Shown piece after piece: positions 1 through 10,131 of a stretch of 64,000 nucleotides of DNA. Origin of the DNA: a virus (taxonomy: Duplodnaviria > Caudoviricetes); IMG/VR virus record IMGVR_UViG_3300028591_000012, positions 40,298 to 104,297 of that record. The stretch is one strand, 5' to 3'. The translations under genes were made by a program, and so were the position numbers. Within the stretch, counting starts at the first letter, position 1, and every line of letters begins with the position of its first letter. Under the pieces are notes generated by a model. It saw only the letters and a list, made by a program, of their open reading frames with translations. It was not told the origin of the DNA and searched no databases.

Positions 1-269
1 ATTTGGTTTTGCTGCCGCCAATGCTTAATCAAAATAATTCCAGATTCAAACTTTAAAATAAAGCCTTTTGTAACCAGTTCTTTAATAGCTTCTTCACCTT
101 CTAGCTTAGAAAAACCTAAGCTACCTGTAGTTTTGATAACTGTTGAAACAAAACCATCATCGTCTGCTTCAAGATTAAGATAGAAATACAAAATATTTGC
201 GTTTCTATTCATTGATAAAAAATTATCACTCTCAACTAAACTCCGTGAGAACATTCGACGTTCTGCCAT
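1..269 (-). CDS. Replisome-organizer-like protein, N-terminal part (runs off window)
   Basis: Manual translation from ATG at 269 (RBS AGGAGG upstream): MAERRMFSRSLVESDNFLSMNRNANILYFYLNLEADDDGFV..., the typical N-terminus of phage replisome organizers; not in the ORF track because truncated. Confidence 0.7.
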   Translation of the reverse strand, partial: MAERRMFSRSLVESDNFLSMNRNANILYFYLNLEADDDGFVSTVIKTTGSLGFSKLEGEEAIKELVTKGFILKFESGIILIKHWRQQNQ

Positions 270-292
270 ATATTCCTCCTTATGGCATAAAA

Positions 293-492
293 AAAAGACC
301 TTAGAGGAAAGTGCAACATAAAGCTACACCATCCTTTCTGTACGCTTGGTGACCAAACCAAGAATAATGTTATCACAAGGAATACTACGGCTATCCGAAA
401 AGCCTGTAGGAATGATAACATTCTGTACAGAACGAAGGTTATTACACCTTCCTCTAAAGTCTTTTTACACGGATATTTATTTAGTATTCCTT
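293..492 (-). promoter_or_regulatory. Structured 5' leader/attenuator-like RNA
   Basis: Outer stem AAAAGAC/TTAGAGGAA (293-309) with TTCCTCTAA/GTCTTTT (449-465), ending in a U-tract on the - strand just before the RBS; extra complementarities 377-387 with 482-492 and 392-397 with 470-475. Confidence 0.5.
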
Positions 493-591
493 AAACAAAA
501 GTCTTTGGTAGCATTTATTGGTTTAGGATTGGTCTTATCCTTCTGCCACCAAAGACAGTTTACATTCTGGAAAAACATAGCTTAAACCTCT

Positions 592-1341
592 TTACTCAAT
601 ATAATAAATCATTCTTATCTTTCTTACTTTGTATCCGAATATCTCTCCTGTTTCATTTATTACTACCTGAACGTGAGTCTTGGTCCTGTCAAAATATTTA
701 GCTATATCTTCAGCTCTCGGAAAACATAATTCTTCATCACCTTTTGTTAATATGTATACATTTTTTCCAGAAGGCTTGAACTGAAGGTATTTCTTTTTTC
801 TGTGGTTGCAGTCATATTTTTCCAAATACCAACGAACCGAGCTTGCATTGAGCTTAAAATGTGCAGCAATTTCTTTTTGCGTATGGTCTTTGGCATACTC
901 TTTAAATTCCTCTACATCGAAATTGTCATAATTCTTATGTCTCGGAGTTTCAAAACCGTTTGACCTGAGAATAAGATATACTGAATTTATAGATATACCA
1001 AAATATTCTGAAGTCTGCCTTGCGTTATGTGTGCAGAAATAATCAAACACTTCCTGCGGTTTTACGTTTTTTATAATTGCAATTCCTCTGTCTCTGGCTG
1101 CGGCTTTCTTTGTAATACCATACTTTTCCATTATTTGTTCAACCGTGTGTTTACGACAGTAATCAAAATATTTTTCATCACGTCTGAACCCTCTCGACTT
1201 AAAACACAGATTGTTAATATAATTCGGTGTAGTTTCATAGTACGCTGCAGTTTCTTTCAGAGTATGTGAGGCCCTGTATTCTAACAATTCACTGATATTA
1301 TAATCTTTCATCATCAACTCCTTTAAGTTCACCTCTTTCAT
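592..1341 (-). CDS. Tandem helix-turn-helix repeat DNA-binding protein
   Basis: Four repeats of an H(T/N)x(K/R)(E/Q)(T/I)xxx(F/Y) HTH-like unit. Confidence 0.55.
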   Translation of the reverse strand: MKEVNLKELMMKDYNISELLEYRASHTLKETAAYYETTPNYINNLCFKSRGFRRDEKYFDYCRKHTVEQIMEKYGITKKAAARDRGIAIIKNVKPQEVFDYFCTHNARQTSEYFGISINSVYLILRSNGFETPRHKNYDNFDVEEFKEYAKDHTQKEIAAHFKLNASSVRWYLEKYDCNHRKKKYLQFKPSGKNVYILTKGDEELCFPRAEDIAKYFDRTKTHVQVVINETGEIFGYKVRKIRMIYYIE

Positions 1342-2419
1342 TTAACTCTTTCTTCATATCTTCCAGCTCATCTTCCCACATACATTTAATTCTTGCTTGC
1401 GGACCTTCTGTAAGAAACTTTTTAAGATAATCTAGTTCGCTCTTTGCATAAGGATGCAGTTCGGGGTGAGTTCTGATTGATAATGTATTACGAAATATTC
1501 TCTGAGCATTACGCATTATTGCCGGAACTGACAGCTGAGTTTTATACCTGTCTAAGAGTTCCTGTAATTCTTCGCAGAATTGTTCTTCAGTCATTTTTCA
1601 CCTTTTCAAACCATTTGCAACCATAATCTGATGTAGTCCAATCTATCCAATCATAACCGTAATTTTCGGGTCCAAATATAATACAAAAAGATTTAGTTTC
1701 AACTGAAAATTGTAAAACTCCAATCATAGTTCTTGAGTATTTATCTTTCCAGTTTTCTTCATAAGTTTTATCTTCAAACTCAAATCGTACTTTATCCCCA
1801 TCACAACAAGGTGCTCCGTTTATATCCTGGATATAACCGCCTCTGCAAAGATGTGATTCAATTTCTGGAAGTGAGTTAAGAAAAGTAATTGCCTTATCAC
1901 AATCTTGCTGCCAACAAGGTTTGGATATATTTGTCACAATAGTACCAGCTAAACTAATCTGTTTTTTAATCCAATCTACAAGTTCTTTAGTTTCTTGTTT
2001 CATAACGACTCCTTAAAAACCAAGAATATGTCTTGTTCTGTCACTACTAAGTAAAACCGTGTAAGCCTCCTTTGTAGGTTCATACCATTTATTTTCATCA
2101 GCATCTGTAAACGGCATTTTTTCAAAAGGTCTTATTGCTATCTGATTAGAAACAGGTATATCAGATTCACTAACAAGATATTCAAAATCAGTGTGAACTT
2201 TCTGCTCCTCTTTATAGCACCATTCACATAAGCCCTTTGCACATAATTGAGATAACTGTCTGTTAGTCATTAGTTCTTCGTTCATAAATCTTCACCCTCT
2301 TTCATAACAAGTTCTATAGATTCTTCTATATCAACAAAAGTCTGCTGCCAATTTTTTAACTCTTCTTCAGAGAGAGGTTTACCGCTGAACTTTGATTTTT
2401 CTTCTGCCATAACAATTTC

Positions 2420-2617
2420 CTAAATTACAGTAGAGCCTCTGGCTCCACACCACCCCTCACCCTTGCCTTGTGCAATACCGACCCACTCAATGATTCTGCG
2501 GACTTTAGATTTACATTCAGGACAGGTCTGTTTATCTTTTAATAAGTCATACTTATCCATAGGAATATCTATCTGAAAGTCTTTTTCACAGTTATCACAA
2601 AAGTATCTGTAGTTCAT
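2420..2617 (-). CDS. FmdB-family zinc-ribbon protein
   Basis: YRYFCDNC...F...CPECKS pattern. Confidence 0.7.
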   Translation of the reverse strand: MNYRYFCDNCEKDFQIDIPMDKYDLLKDKQTCPECKSKVRRIIEWVGIAQGKGEGWCGARGSTVI

Positions 2618-2627
2618 TTTTTAATCC

Positions 2628-2993
2628 TTATTTTTTATTTTTACTTATTTCTGATTGTGAAATTTGTAATTGTTGTAATTGAATATAATCCTTCAACTCT
2701 TTCTCAATCCTATCATCGTTATACATCAAGAAAAGGCAGTTACAAATTGCGTGAGCAAGATGAGGCAAACCGTCACCATCTTTTCCGTTATCATCTTTTT
2801 CGCCTTTTATATAAGCTGTAACGTGTCGCATTAAAGCGTCTTTGTAACGGTCAAAATTATCACACTTCTTCCAGTTGTCACGTGAGTATTTGGCAGCTCC
2901 GTTTTCCAAAACTCTTACAACATCTTCAAGCTGTTTAAACGGCATTAAAGACCACTGTAATTTTCCTTTATCATTCTTAGTAAAATCACCCAT
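2628..2993 (-). CDS. dATP/dGTP diphosphohydrolase-domain protein (DUF5664-like)
   Basis: KNDKGKLQWSL, GAAKYSRDNWKK, ALMRH, DGLPHLAHAICNCLFL motifs; start taken at ATG 2993. Confidence 0.8.
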   Translation of the reverse strand: MGDFTKNDKGKLQWSLMPFKQLEDVVRVLENGAAKYSRDNWKKCDNFDRYKDALMRHVTAYIKGEKDDNGKDGDGLPHLAHAICNCLFLMYNDDRIEKELKDYIQLQQLQISQSEISKNKK

Positions 2994-3258
2994 TCCTATT
3001 TCTCCTTGTTTCTGCGTGATGTTTAGAGTCATATCTCAAATGACACGGTGCACAAAATGCCTGCAAGTTTTCATCTGCAACGTTCATTGGGTTATGGTCT
3101 TTATGAGAAACTGTAAGAGTTCTTTTATGAGTGTCAAAAGGTTCTCCCGGTCTACGACACTGTTTACCACACTTCTCACATTTCCAGCCAACACTCTCTT
3201 TTTTAGCAAATGCGATTTGTTTCCAGTTAGGAGGATAATCTTTCCAATTTACAGGCAT
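2986..3258 (-). CDS. Small HNH-like zinc-binding protein
   Basis: YPPNW, CEKC, LTVSHKDHNPMN...NLQAFCAPCHLRYD. Confidence 0.75.
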   Translation of the reverse strand: MPVNWKDYPPNWKQIAFAKKESVGWKCEKCGKQCRRPGEPFDTHKRTLTVSHKDHNPMNVADENLQAFCAPCHLRYDSKHHAETRRNRNG

Positions 3259-3267
3259 ACAATCTCC

Positions 3268-3891
3268 TTAGTACAGTTTATAACTTCCTTGCCATAAAGC
3301 TTTATCAGTTCTGTAATCATTTATGATGTTGTCAGAAAGTTTTTTTACGTCTTTTTGACAACTTATAATTTCAGGACATTTTCCGCCTGACCACCAACAG
3401 TTAGGATGACAGCAATAACCAACGGCTTGTAAAAAAGGTTCCTTATCTCTTATAAGATATGCCACTAATTCTTCCATATATTCTCTTGTTCTTTGTTCTG
3501 TACGTTTACAAAGTCTTTGTCGTGCCATCATAATAAAACTTTCTGCGGTGTGGTCTTGCATAAAAAGCTTATCTTCGTATGGATCTGAAGAACGTTCTTT
3601 ACCATTATTCCAATCTGGACGGCTGCTCTGTACTTCCGGCTGGGGATGCCCCTTAGTTGCACGGATAATTTGCATAATTATTGATTTTGGTCTTGTATCA
3701 ACTAAACGAAAGTGTATACTTCTGAGAGTTGAGTGATTTGCAACAATCTGTTTAATCCAGAACTCAACTTCATCTTTGGGCTTGAAGATTTTATTTAGGT
3801 CTAAATCAAGCCACAAATCAATTCCTTCAGTAATTTTACAAGCTTCCCTATAGTCATAGAGAGGATTTCTGTTTAACAATCGAAACCTCAT
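3268..3891 (-). CDS. ThyX-like (flavin-dependent thymidylate synthase-related) protein
   Basis: HSTLRSIHF, QSSRPDW, RQRLC and C-terminal CPE motifs resemble phage Thy1-like proteins; the canonical RHR motif is absent. Confidence 0.55.
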   Translation of the reverse strand: MRFRLLNRNPLYDYREACKITEGIDLWLDLDLNKIFKPKDEVEFWIKQIVANHSTLRSIHFRLVDTRPKSIIMQIIRATKGHPQPEVQSSRPDWNNGKERSSDPYEDKLFMQDHTAESFIMMARQRLCKRTEQRTREYMEELVAYLIRDKEPFLQAVGYCCHPNCWWSGGKCPEIISCQKDVKKLSDNIINDYRTDKALWQGSYKLY

Positions 3892-4554
3892 TTATTTATC
3901 CTCCCTGCTGCTTAATCTCTTTTCATATTCTTCTTTTGTTATTTCAACCATATATTCTGTTTCTGTATCTGCAAAATATCTGTTGATTCCAACCCTCTCG
4001 CCTTTAGGAGTAATGACATAATAAACAGCCCTGGTATTAAAGTCTTCATTATCTCTTGGGAACCCTTTTGCAGTAAACTCTTCCGTATAGAGTTTGTATT
4101 TTCCTGCTGGTGGATAATAAGGCATTGTTATAGGGAACATTTCATCAATGATATTTCCAACAGAGCCGGTGTATCCGTGACCGTCTTTATCATAAGCCAC
4201 AGTTCTTTCAACGTCGTGATATTTAATGGTTCCGTCTTTATAAACTTTTTTGAAAAGCTGACCCATTCTGCTGCATTGATATTCTTTATAATCAGCCTGT
4301 ATATCAATGTCACTCCAGACATCTTCCGTATCTTCAATCGGAGTAAGTGGAAGACCTTCGATAAGGCGATTAAGGATATTCCTTGTTATTGCAAAAGAAC
4401 TGCCGCTGTGACCATCTTCACACAAAGATTTGTAAGCTTTTAATGCAGACTGAAAACAGCTGCAACCATAGTCAAATGATTCACCATCCCAATCTGGGTT
4501 TTCTTTTTTACAGGCTAATTTTACTTCATTTTCAGCCCACAAACTCATACTCAT
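3892..4554 (-). CDS. Conserved phage hypothetical protein
   Basis: 220-aa ORF with DGHSGSS and PLTPIEDT motifs common in phage proteins. Confidence 0.5.
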   Translation of the reverse strand: MSMSLWAENEVKLACKKENPDWDGESFDYGCSCFQSALKAYKSLCEDGHSGSSFAITRNILNRLIEGLPLTPIEDTEDVWSDIDIQADYKEYQCSRMGQLFKKVYKDGTIKYHDVERTVAYDKDGHGYTGSVGNIIDEMFPITMPYYPPAGKYKLYTEEFTAKGFPRDNEDFNTRAVYYVITPKGERVGINRYFADTETEYMVEITKEEYEKRLSSREDK

Positions 4555-4924
4555 TTTATTTCTCCTTTATTAACAATTACTTTCTGTCCGTCTTCAATCT
4601 CAAAGTATTCAAACTCAATATCATTGTAGAAAGACAATATAGTACCTTGAAAAGCTTTTATATCTGCTATTACTTCATTATTTTTTTTACGTTCTTCATT
4701 TGAAAAATATTCAGGATAAGCTTTACATTCATTGTATACATAAATACAATGTTTCCGATTTACTATAAGAGCGACAAAAACTATTATTAAAATTGATAAA
4801 GTAATAATGCAAGCACCAATTCCTGTTTCACAATCAATGCTTGTTCTGTTATGAACTACAACACAAGCTGCCAAAACTAAAATCAAACAAGCTATTAAAA
4901 TAATAAAAAAAATCATATTTCCCC

Positions 4925-5437
4925 CTATTCCAATAAACTTTCAATATCTACATATATTGCAAAATGAAGATGAGGTCCTGTGGATATGCCGCTTCCCCTT
5001 CTGCCTTTTACTCCGCCTGACCAGCCGATAAGCTGACCTCTTTTTACAAACGTTCCTTCAGTTACTAAGGTCATTGAAAGGTGTCCATATAAGGAAGTGG
5101 AACCGTCTGAGTGCCTTATTTCGAGCAAGCCCCCTAGTGAATCGTGACCTCTAAACAAAGCACCGCCGTTATAGTAAGATGGATATGCGTTGATCACATA
5201 ACCGTCATCACAGGCATATACTTCCGTTTTATCAGGACAGGCGTAATCAACTGCGTAGTGATAAGTTGCAGTTCCGTTTATTCCTGGAATAGAATCGCGC
5301 AATCCCTGTTCAGAAGATTTGTACCCTCTGTATTTGGCCGGTAACGGAAACTGTTTTTTATTCAGTAGTACATAATCGTATGAATAGACTGGACATAACA
5401 TTAGAACTGTCAACAATCCGATAATCAACTTCTTCAT
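4925..5437 (-). CDS. Secreted M23-family metallopeptidase
   Basis: Signal peptide; HYAVD, YGHLS and STGPHLHF zinc motifs. Confidence 0.85.
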   Translation of the reverse strand: MKKLIIGLLTVLMLCPVYSYDYVLLNKKQFPLPAKYRGYKSSEQGLRDSIPGINGTATYHYAVDYACPDKTEVYACDDGYVINAYPSYYNGGALFRGHDSLGGLLEIRHSDGSTSLYGHLSMTLVTEGTFVKRGQLIGWSGGVKGRRGSGISTGPHLHFAIYVDIESLLE

Positions 5438-6160
5438 TTATTCCTCCAATCTATTTTTTCCAATTTCAAAAAAATGTAAATCTTTTTCAATACCAATAAA
5501 ATTTCGATTTGTATTTTTACAAGCAATTCCTGTAGAACAACTACCAAAGCAGTTATCCAGAACTGTTTCTCCTTCATTTGTGTATGACTTAATTAAAAAC
5601 TCAAGCAAAGCAACAGGCTTCTGAGTTGGATGTAATGCCGATTTCTGAATGTCTTTTGGAAACCGAAGAATAGATTTTGGATAACGTTCTGTACTATCGT
5701 ATGAAGTTAAGCCTGTTTCACCATAATCTGTTGTCTTTTTACAATTTTGCTTTGATAACGAACTAGAAACTTTTCTTGTATGACCGTATGTTTTTTGTGG
5801 ATTATAAACAGGGGGTTTTTTATAAAAAACACAAATATCCTCGTGACTTCTTAAAGGCATTTTTTTTGCATTTAGAAAACCTGTAGGTTGAGTTTTTTCC
5901 CATATTAGATTATATCTCCATAATTTTTTATTGCTCTGCATAAGTTCCGCTGTAAAGAATCCGTTTGCAAATAGAACTATTGCACCATTATCTTTTACAA
6001 TTCTTTCATATTCACTCCATAATGGCTCAAAAGGAATCTTTACATCCCATTTATTTCTTGCAGTCTGTTCATAAGGTAAATCACAAAGAATCATATCTAT
6101 AGATTTAGAGGGAATATTTTTCATTTCAACAAGACAGTCACCGTGAATAATGCTTATCAT
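5438..6160 (-). CDS. DNA N6-adenine/N4-cytosine methyltransferase (beta class)
   Basis: DLPY catalytic motif, HPTQKPVAL, VLDNCFGSCSTG SAM-binding motif. Confidence 0.9.
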   Translation of the reverse strand: MISIIHGDCLVEMKNIPSKSIDMILCDLPYEQTARNKWDVKIPFEPLWSEYERIVKDNGAIVLFANGFFTAELMQSNKKLWRYNLIWEKTQPTGFLNAKKMPLRSHEDICVFYKKPPVYNPQKTYGHTRKVSSSLSKQNCKKTTDYGETGLTSYDSTERYPKSILRFPKDIQKSALHPTQKPVALLEFLIKSYTNEGETVLDNCFGSCSTGIACKNTNRNFIGIEKDLHFFEIGKNRLEE

Positions 6161-7194
6161 TTTTTACAATATTTCTCCAATATCTTAATAGCGTTCTCCC
6201 TGCCATATTTACTCTGTATGTATTTACAGGCTGTAATGTCATCAACATCACTCTCGGCTGTCATTATAAGAAAACGCTCTTCAACTTCTTCAAAATCAAC
6301 TTTTTTCTTACCAGTAAATTGATATTTCATCGCTGTCGTATTTGTAGGTAAATCCGCTGTCTTCAAGTTCTTTCAGAATCAGGTTTCTGAGAGACGTAAA
6401 CTTTTCTTCGCTTATATCAAGCCCAGCTGTTTCTAGTACGGTACCAATTTTTACAACAGTTTTCGTATAACCGTACAAGGCACATTTTGTAATGTTGTCA
6501 CAGATGTACTCCATCACGGGTTTGAATTGCGGCGTACTTTTCTGCGCAATAAACCTGTAGAACATTGATTTTTTAAGCTTCATTATTTCCCCCAAATCTA
6601 TCAAATAATTTTTTATATAGTTTATAGATGAGCATTGCTCCAAGTGAGACAGGACCAAATAAGTTTACAAATATATAAAAACAGAAATCTTTAGCTTCCA
6701 GTTTTCCGTTTTCTTCCTTTTCGTCTTTAAGGTAAAGGTAAAGAGATATGCCTGAGCAGATTAAATAAAACAGAATGGCAACAATCAGCTTCAGCATACT
6801 TCACTTCCAACAGTAAGAAGTTCAATACACTTCTCTAAATCTTTAATAAGCTCTTTATTGCTTTTACTGGATTCTTTTATCAGGGTGTATGCAGCATCTT
6901 TTATACTTTGATATAAAATAGTACCTGCCAAATCTTTATGCTTTTCAAGCGTTTTGTTTAATCTTTCATAACTTTCTTCAGTATTGTTCTGATTAGTACG
7001 AAGTACAGTCAAATCAGTTCTGATAAACTTTAATATAAAATCAGCATCCTGCTGTGTTAAAATAATATTCATTTTATTTCTCCAAAAACCTGCAGATTAT
7101 CTTTTCCCAATGTAAACTACACGAGAAAAGACAAGCCCTGCATTGCGGCTTCAAAGCCATTACTTCTCCGTATCGAGGAGGAGGATACGGATAT

Positions 7195-7377
7195 TCGGCA
7201 TAGTAGGAGTCGAACCTACCTATACCAATATAAGTAACAGAATGATTGCAAGAATGAATCCAGAAATAAGTCCAAGTAAGAACATTTTTATGAGCTTTCC
7301 TTTATTATTTCTGTATACAACTCTGTAATCTTCCATTAGAATGTAACCGATTACTCTCGGTGAACGAGCTTCTGCCG
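7195..7377 (-). ncRNA. tRNA-like element with an embedded small ORF
   Basis: On - strand: acceptor-like CGGCAGA/TATGCCG(A), D-like CTCG-TTCAC-CGAG, stem GTAATC/GATTAC, perfect T-arm GTAGG-TTCGACT-CCTAC. Confidence 0.45.
7220..7336 (-). CDS. 38-aa single-TM peptide
   Basis: Manual translation MEDYRVVYRNNKGKLIKMFLLGLISGFILAIILLLILV*; below the ORF-track cutoff; no obvious RBS. Confidence 0.45.
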   Translation of the reverse strand: MEDYRVVYRNNKGKLIKMFLLGLISGFILAIILLLILV

Positions 7378-7439
7378 GAACGAACTGGCAGTAACGGTAA
7401 TCGCTTGCCTCCCTGAATTAAATTTCAAGTTCTGATATT

Positions 7440-7514
7440 AGTTCATAATAGTAAACAGACTGTTTATAATAATGAACTTACATAAAATATAGTTTATAAT
7501 AATAAACTTGTCAA
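7440..7514 (-). promoter_or_regulatory. Sigma70-type promoter with tandem AGTTTA-N6-TAAACT operators
   Basis: TTGACA (7514-7509), 17-bp spacer, TATATT; perfect operator 7491-7508 and degenerate copies 7440-7457 and 7461-7478. Confidence 0.7.
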
Positions 7515-7527
7515 CTATTATTATAAA

Positions 7528-8643
7528 CTAAAGAAAAAGTGACAGTAACTTATCCTGTAATTCAGCAACATCATCAAAATGTTCTGGAAGAAAGTTGGCA
7601 TAACGCTCGGTCATACTGTTTTTTCCTGAAGAGTGACCAAGTACACACTTCACCTTTATTTCACTTATTCCGTTTGCAAGCAGATATGTGTTTACGAAGT
7701 GTCTCAAAGAATGAAAGGAAAGCCCCATTTTTATACGGTCTTCACGTTTACTCAATCCGCAGTATTTATAGAATGTTTTTCTGTAAGTGTCCTGAGCTTC
7801 TGTAAAAGCCATATTACCGTTTCTTCTAATGCAGGTATCAAGCAGAACATAAATGCGCGGACAAATACGCACCTTTCTTTTTTCACCGTCCTTGACCGGC
7901 TGCAGAATATTATCATTCATCTGGTCTTTTACATCAACATAAGTTCTGAATAGAGTTTCCCTTCGTATCGCACAAATCTCACTTATTCTCATTCCAGTAA
8001 CCGCGGCTACAAGAGAAAATATCTTTCTTTCTTTGTTGTCCCACTTTTTATTAAACGCAGCTTTAAGCTGTTCAACTGTAAATGAAGATTTTGTCTTTGC
8101 ATTTACATACATCATAGGAACGGAAACAAATGGATCTGATGTAAGAAGTTTATCAGCCTTTGCGTAAGAGAGGATAATTTTAAGACAGGTACACGACAGA
8201 TTTATTACAGAGTTGGATAACTCCTTTTCAATTAAGCTGGCCCTGAACTTCTTTATATGAGAAGGCTTAATCTCCATAAGCTTTATGTTTTTGAAAAAAG
8301 GAATTAAAAATGTATCAAGAGTGTGTCTGTAAGCTTTCAGGGTATTCTTAGCAACAGGCTGTTCCTTTCCCTGACCGGCCTGTATTTTATCTGACATCCA
8401 TTGTGAGTTATCGTCAAAAAATCCTTTTGCATAAGCTCCGAATGTCATACCCAAAGAAGAGTATAAAAGCCCCTGCGAAAGCAGTTCTGTGCAGTAACAT
8501 CTTGCCTGGGTTTTATTGGTTTTACCTGTAGAATGAGCTGTAGTTCTTTCTCCGTCTGGAGAGTAAGTGCGGTAATAATAAACAATCCTTCCGCTTGGAA
8601 GGGTGCGTGGAAATACTGTAAAAGGTTCTCTGTATCTTGGCAT
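7528..8643 (-). CDS. int: Tyrosine recombinase/integrase
   Basis: TGMRISEI (R), FHSLRH (HxxR), LGHS, TERY (Y); likely start ATG 8643 (MPRYREPF); adjacent to tRNA-derived attP. Confidence 0.95.
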   Translation of the reverse strand: MPRYREPFTVFPRTLPSGRIVYYYRTYSPDGERTTAHSTGKTNKTQARCYCTELLSQGLLYSSLGMTFGAYAKGFFDDNSQWMSDKIQAGQGKEQPVAKNTLKAYRHTLDTFLIPFFKNIKLMEIKPSHIKKFRASLIEKELSNSVINLSCTCLKIILSYAKADKLLTSDPFVSVPMMYVNAKTKSSFTVEQLKAAFNKKWDNKERKIFSLVAAVTGMRISEICAIRRETLFRTYVDVKDQMNDNILQPVKDGEKRKVRICPRIYVLLDTCIRRNGNMAFTEAQDTYRKTFYKYCGLSKREDRIKMGLSFHSLRHFVNTYLLANGISEIKVKCVLGHSSGKNSMTERYANFLPEHFDDVAELQDKLLSLFL

Positions 8644-8648
8644 CGTAG

Positions 8649-8957
8649 TGGTCACAATTTGGTCACACGCTACTTTTACCAGTTCGTTCCGATACTTTTA
8701 TAAAACACATAACCCTATGTATTTTATAGATTTAGCGGCAGAAGGGAGTCGAACCCTCGTCATCAGCTTGGAAGGCTGAGATAATGAGCCGTTAGGTGGC
8801 GATAAAATACGTGTAACTCTATATATTTTCTATATTTGCAACTCTATAAACTGTATATATTTGCAAACCCGATATATATTTATTATACATCATAGTAAAC
8901 TTAAAGTACACTTTAATTAACTTGAATAAACTTATTTTGGTCACAAATCTGGTCACA
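8649..8957. mobile_element. attP: integrase arm-type repeats flanking a tRNA-Gly core
   Basis: TGGTCACA direct-repeat pairs at 8649/8660 and 8938/8950 bracket the tRNA fragment. Confidence 0.75.
8734..8794 (-). tRNA. 3' portion of tRNA-Gly(TCC), attP core; 5' acceptor strand missing
   Basis: - strand ...CTCAGCCTTCCAAGCTGATGACGAGGGTTCGACTCCCTTCTGCCGCT; no GCGGCAG 5' strand upstream. Confidence 0.85.
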
Positions 8958-9288
8958 CGTTTGACTGCTGGTAGTAAAGCTGAATAATATCGTGCAGCAT
9001 TTTCCTGTCTTTCTCAGGAATCTTGAGAAGCATAGTAACCATTGTCTTAATGTCATCTGGAATGTAATCAGGAGCATTTTTGTCAGTTCCTAATAAAGTT
9101 CCAACAGATAATCCTATATAGTTTGCAATATCTACAATATTGACTACATTGGGAAAGGTATCTCTCAGTTCGGTGGCCCTTAAAAGTGCCCTTGCAAGAC
9201 CGAGTTTCGTAAGCATATTATTTCTGTTATCACCCATTTCTTCCAGCTTTTTGTCAATAACGTCCACAAACTCTTTTACAGTATTCAT
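8953..9288 (-). CDS. XRE-like repressor
   Basis: HTH-like FPNVVNIVDIANYIGLSVGTLLG; divergent from an excisionase/Cro-like gene next to attP. Confidence 0.7.
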   Translation of the reverse strand: MNTVKEFVDVIDKKLEEMGDNRNNMLTKLGLARALLRATELRDTFPNVVNIVDIANYIGLSVGTLLGTDKNAPDYIPDDIKTMVTMLLKIPEKDRKMLHDIIQLYYQQSNV

Positions 9289-9344
9289 ATTCCTATCCTC
9301 TAATATTTTATCGGCAGCTTTTTATAAATAGTTTACAAAAATTG

Positions 9345-9373
9345 TTGACAAGTTTATATTAGTAAACTATATT
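9345..9373 (+). promoter_or_regulatory. Promoter with operator in its spacer
   Basis: TTGACA 9345-9350, operator AGTTTA-TATTAG-TAAACT 9351-9368, -10 TATATT. Confidence 0.75.
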
Positions 9374-9402
9374 TTATCTAACGGTAATCTTATAAACAAT
9401 CA

Positions 9403-9627
9403 ATGAACAAAGACACTCTCATCTTAAACGGAGAAACCCTTCTTTCAAGGGAGTACGTTATGCAGAAGTTTGACATAAGTTCTGTCACTCTCTGCAAGTG
9501 GGTTAAGAAAGGAATTGTAAGACAGCACAATCTTGGTAAACAGGTTTACTTTATTGAAAGGGAGCTTCTTGAAGACATTAAGAACAGCGGTCCTTCAATC
9601 AGAAAATCTCACAAGGAGAGAGCTTAA
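9403..9627 (+). CDS. Excisionase/HTH_17-like DNA-binding protein
   Basis: LLSREYVMQKFDISSVTLCKWVKKG winged-HTH pattern; position near the integrase. Confidence 0.7.
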   Translation: MNKDTLILNGETLLSREYVMQKFDISSVTLCKWVKKGIVRQHNLGKQVYFIERELLEDIKNSGPSIRKSHKERA

Positions 9628-9995
9628 TGACCCCTAACGAATATCAGAAAAAAGCTCACACATTTTCTTGTTACGAAAAACCAATCAGTTATGAAAACGT
9701 AGGAACTCAAACTGTTACACACGAACTTGACTGGGTTTACCCTGCTCTTGGACTTGCAGAAGAAGCCGGAGAAGTAGCAGGAAAGTTTGCAAAGTCAGTC
9801 AGAGATGACTGTGGAAAAATCTCAGAAGAAAAAAGACTCGCAATTAAGAAGGAACTCGGAGATGTATGCTGGTTTATAGCAGAGCTTTCTACCCTTCTTG
9901 GTTTGGACTTGGAAGACGTAATGCAGTCAAATATTGACAAGCTTACGGACCGTAAGCAAAGGAATGTTATCCGCGGAAGCGGTGATGACAGATAG
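9627..9995 (+). CDS. MazG-like NTP pyrophosphohydrolase
   Basis: LGLAEEAGEVA and KELGDVCWF motifs; NIDKLTDR. Confidence 0.9.
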   Translation: MTPNEYQKKAHTFSCYEKPISYENVGTQTVTHELDWVYPALGLAEEAGEVAGKFAKSVRDDCGKISEEKRLAIKKELGDVCWFIAELSTLLGLDLEDVMQSNIDKLTDRKQRNVIRGSGDDR

Positions 9996-10131
9996 GAGGA
10001 TTTATGCCACACATTACATTTCTGAACACAGAAGATTCAGAAGAAGTCAGAAAGAAGTTGAATCCAGACGCAGCTAAGCGCGATAAGGACAACGGTATTA
10101 AGAAACCAAAGAATAAGAAGGAGAAAACAAA

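Noticed and set aside
2628-2993. Z-base (2-aminoadenine) genome pathway
   Set aside because: Only the diphosphohydrolase-like gene is present; no PurZ or dedicated polymerase is visible in this window.
8734-8794. Functional phage tRNA-Gly
   Set aside because: The 5' acceptor strand is absent, and the position beside the integrase indicates an attP core.
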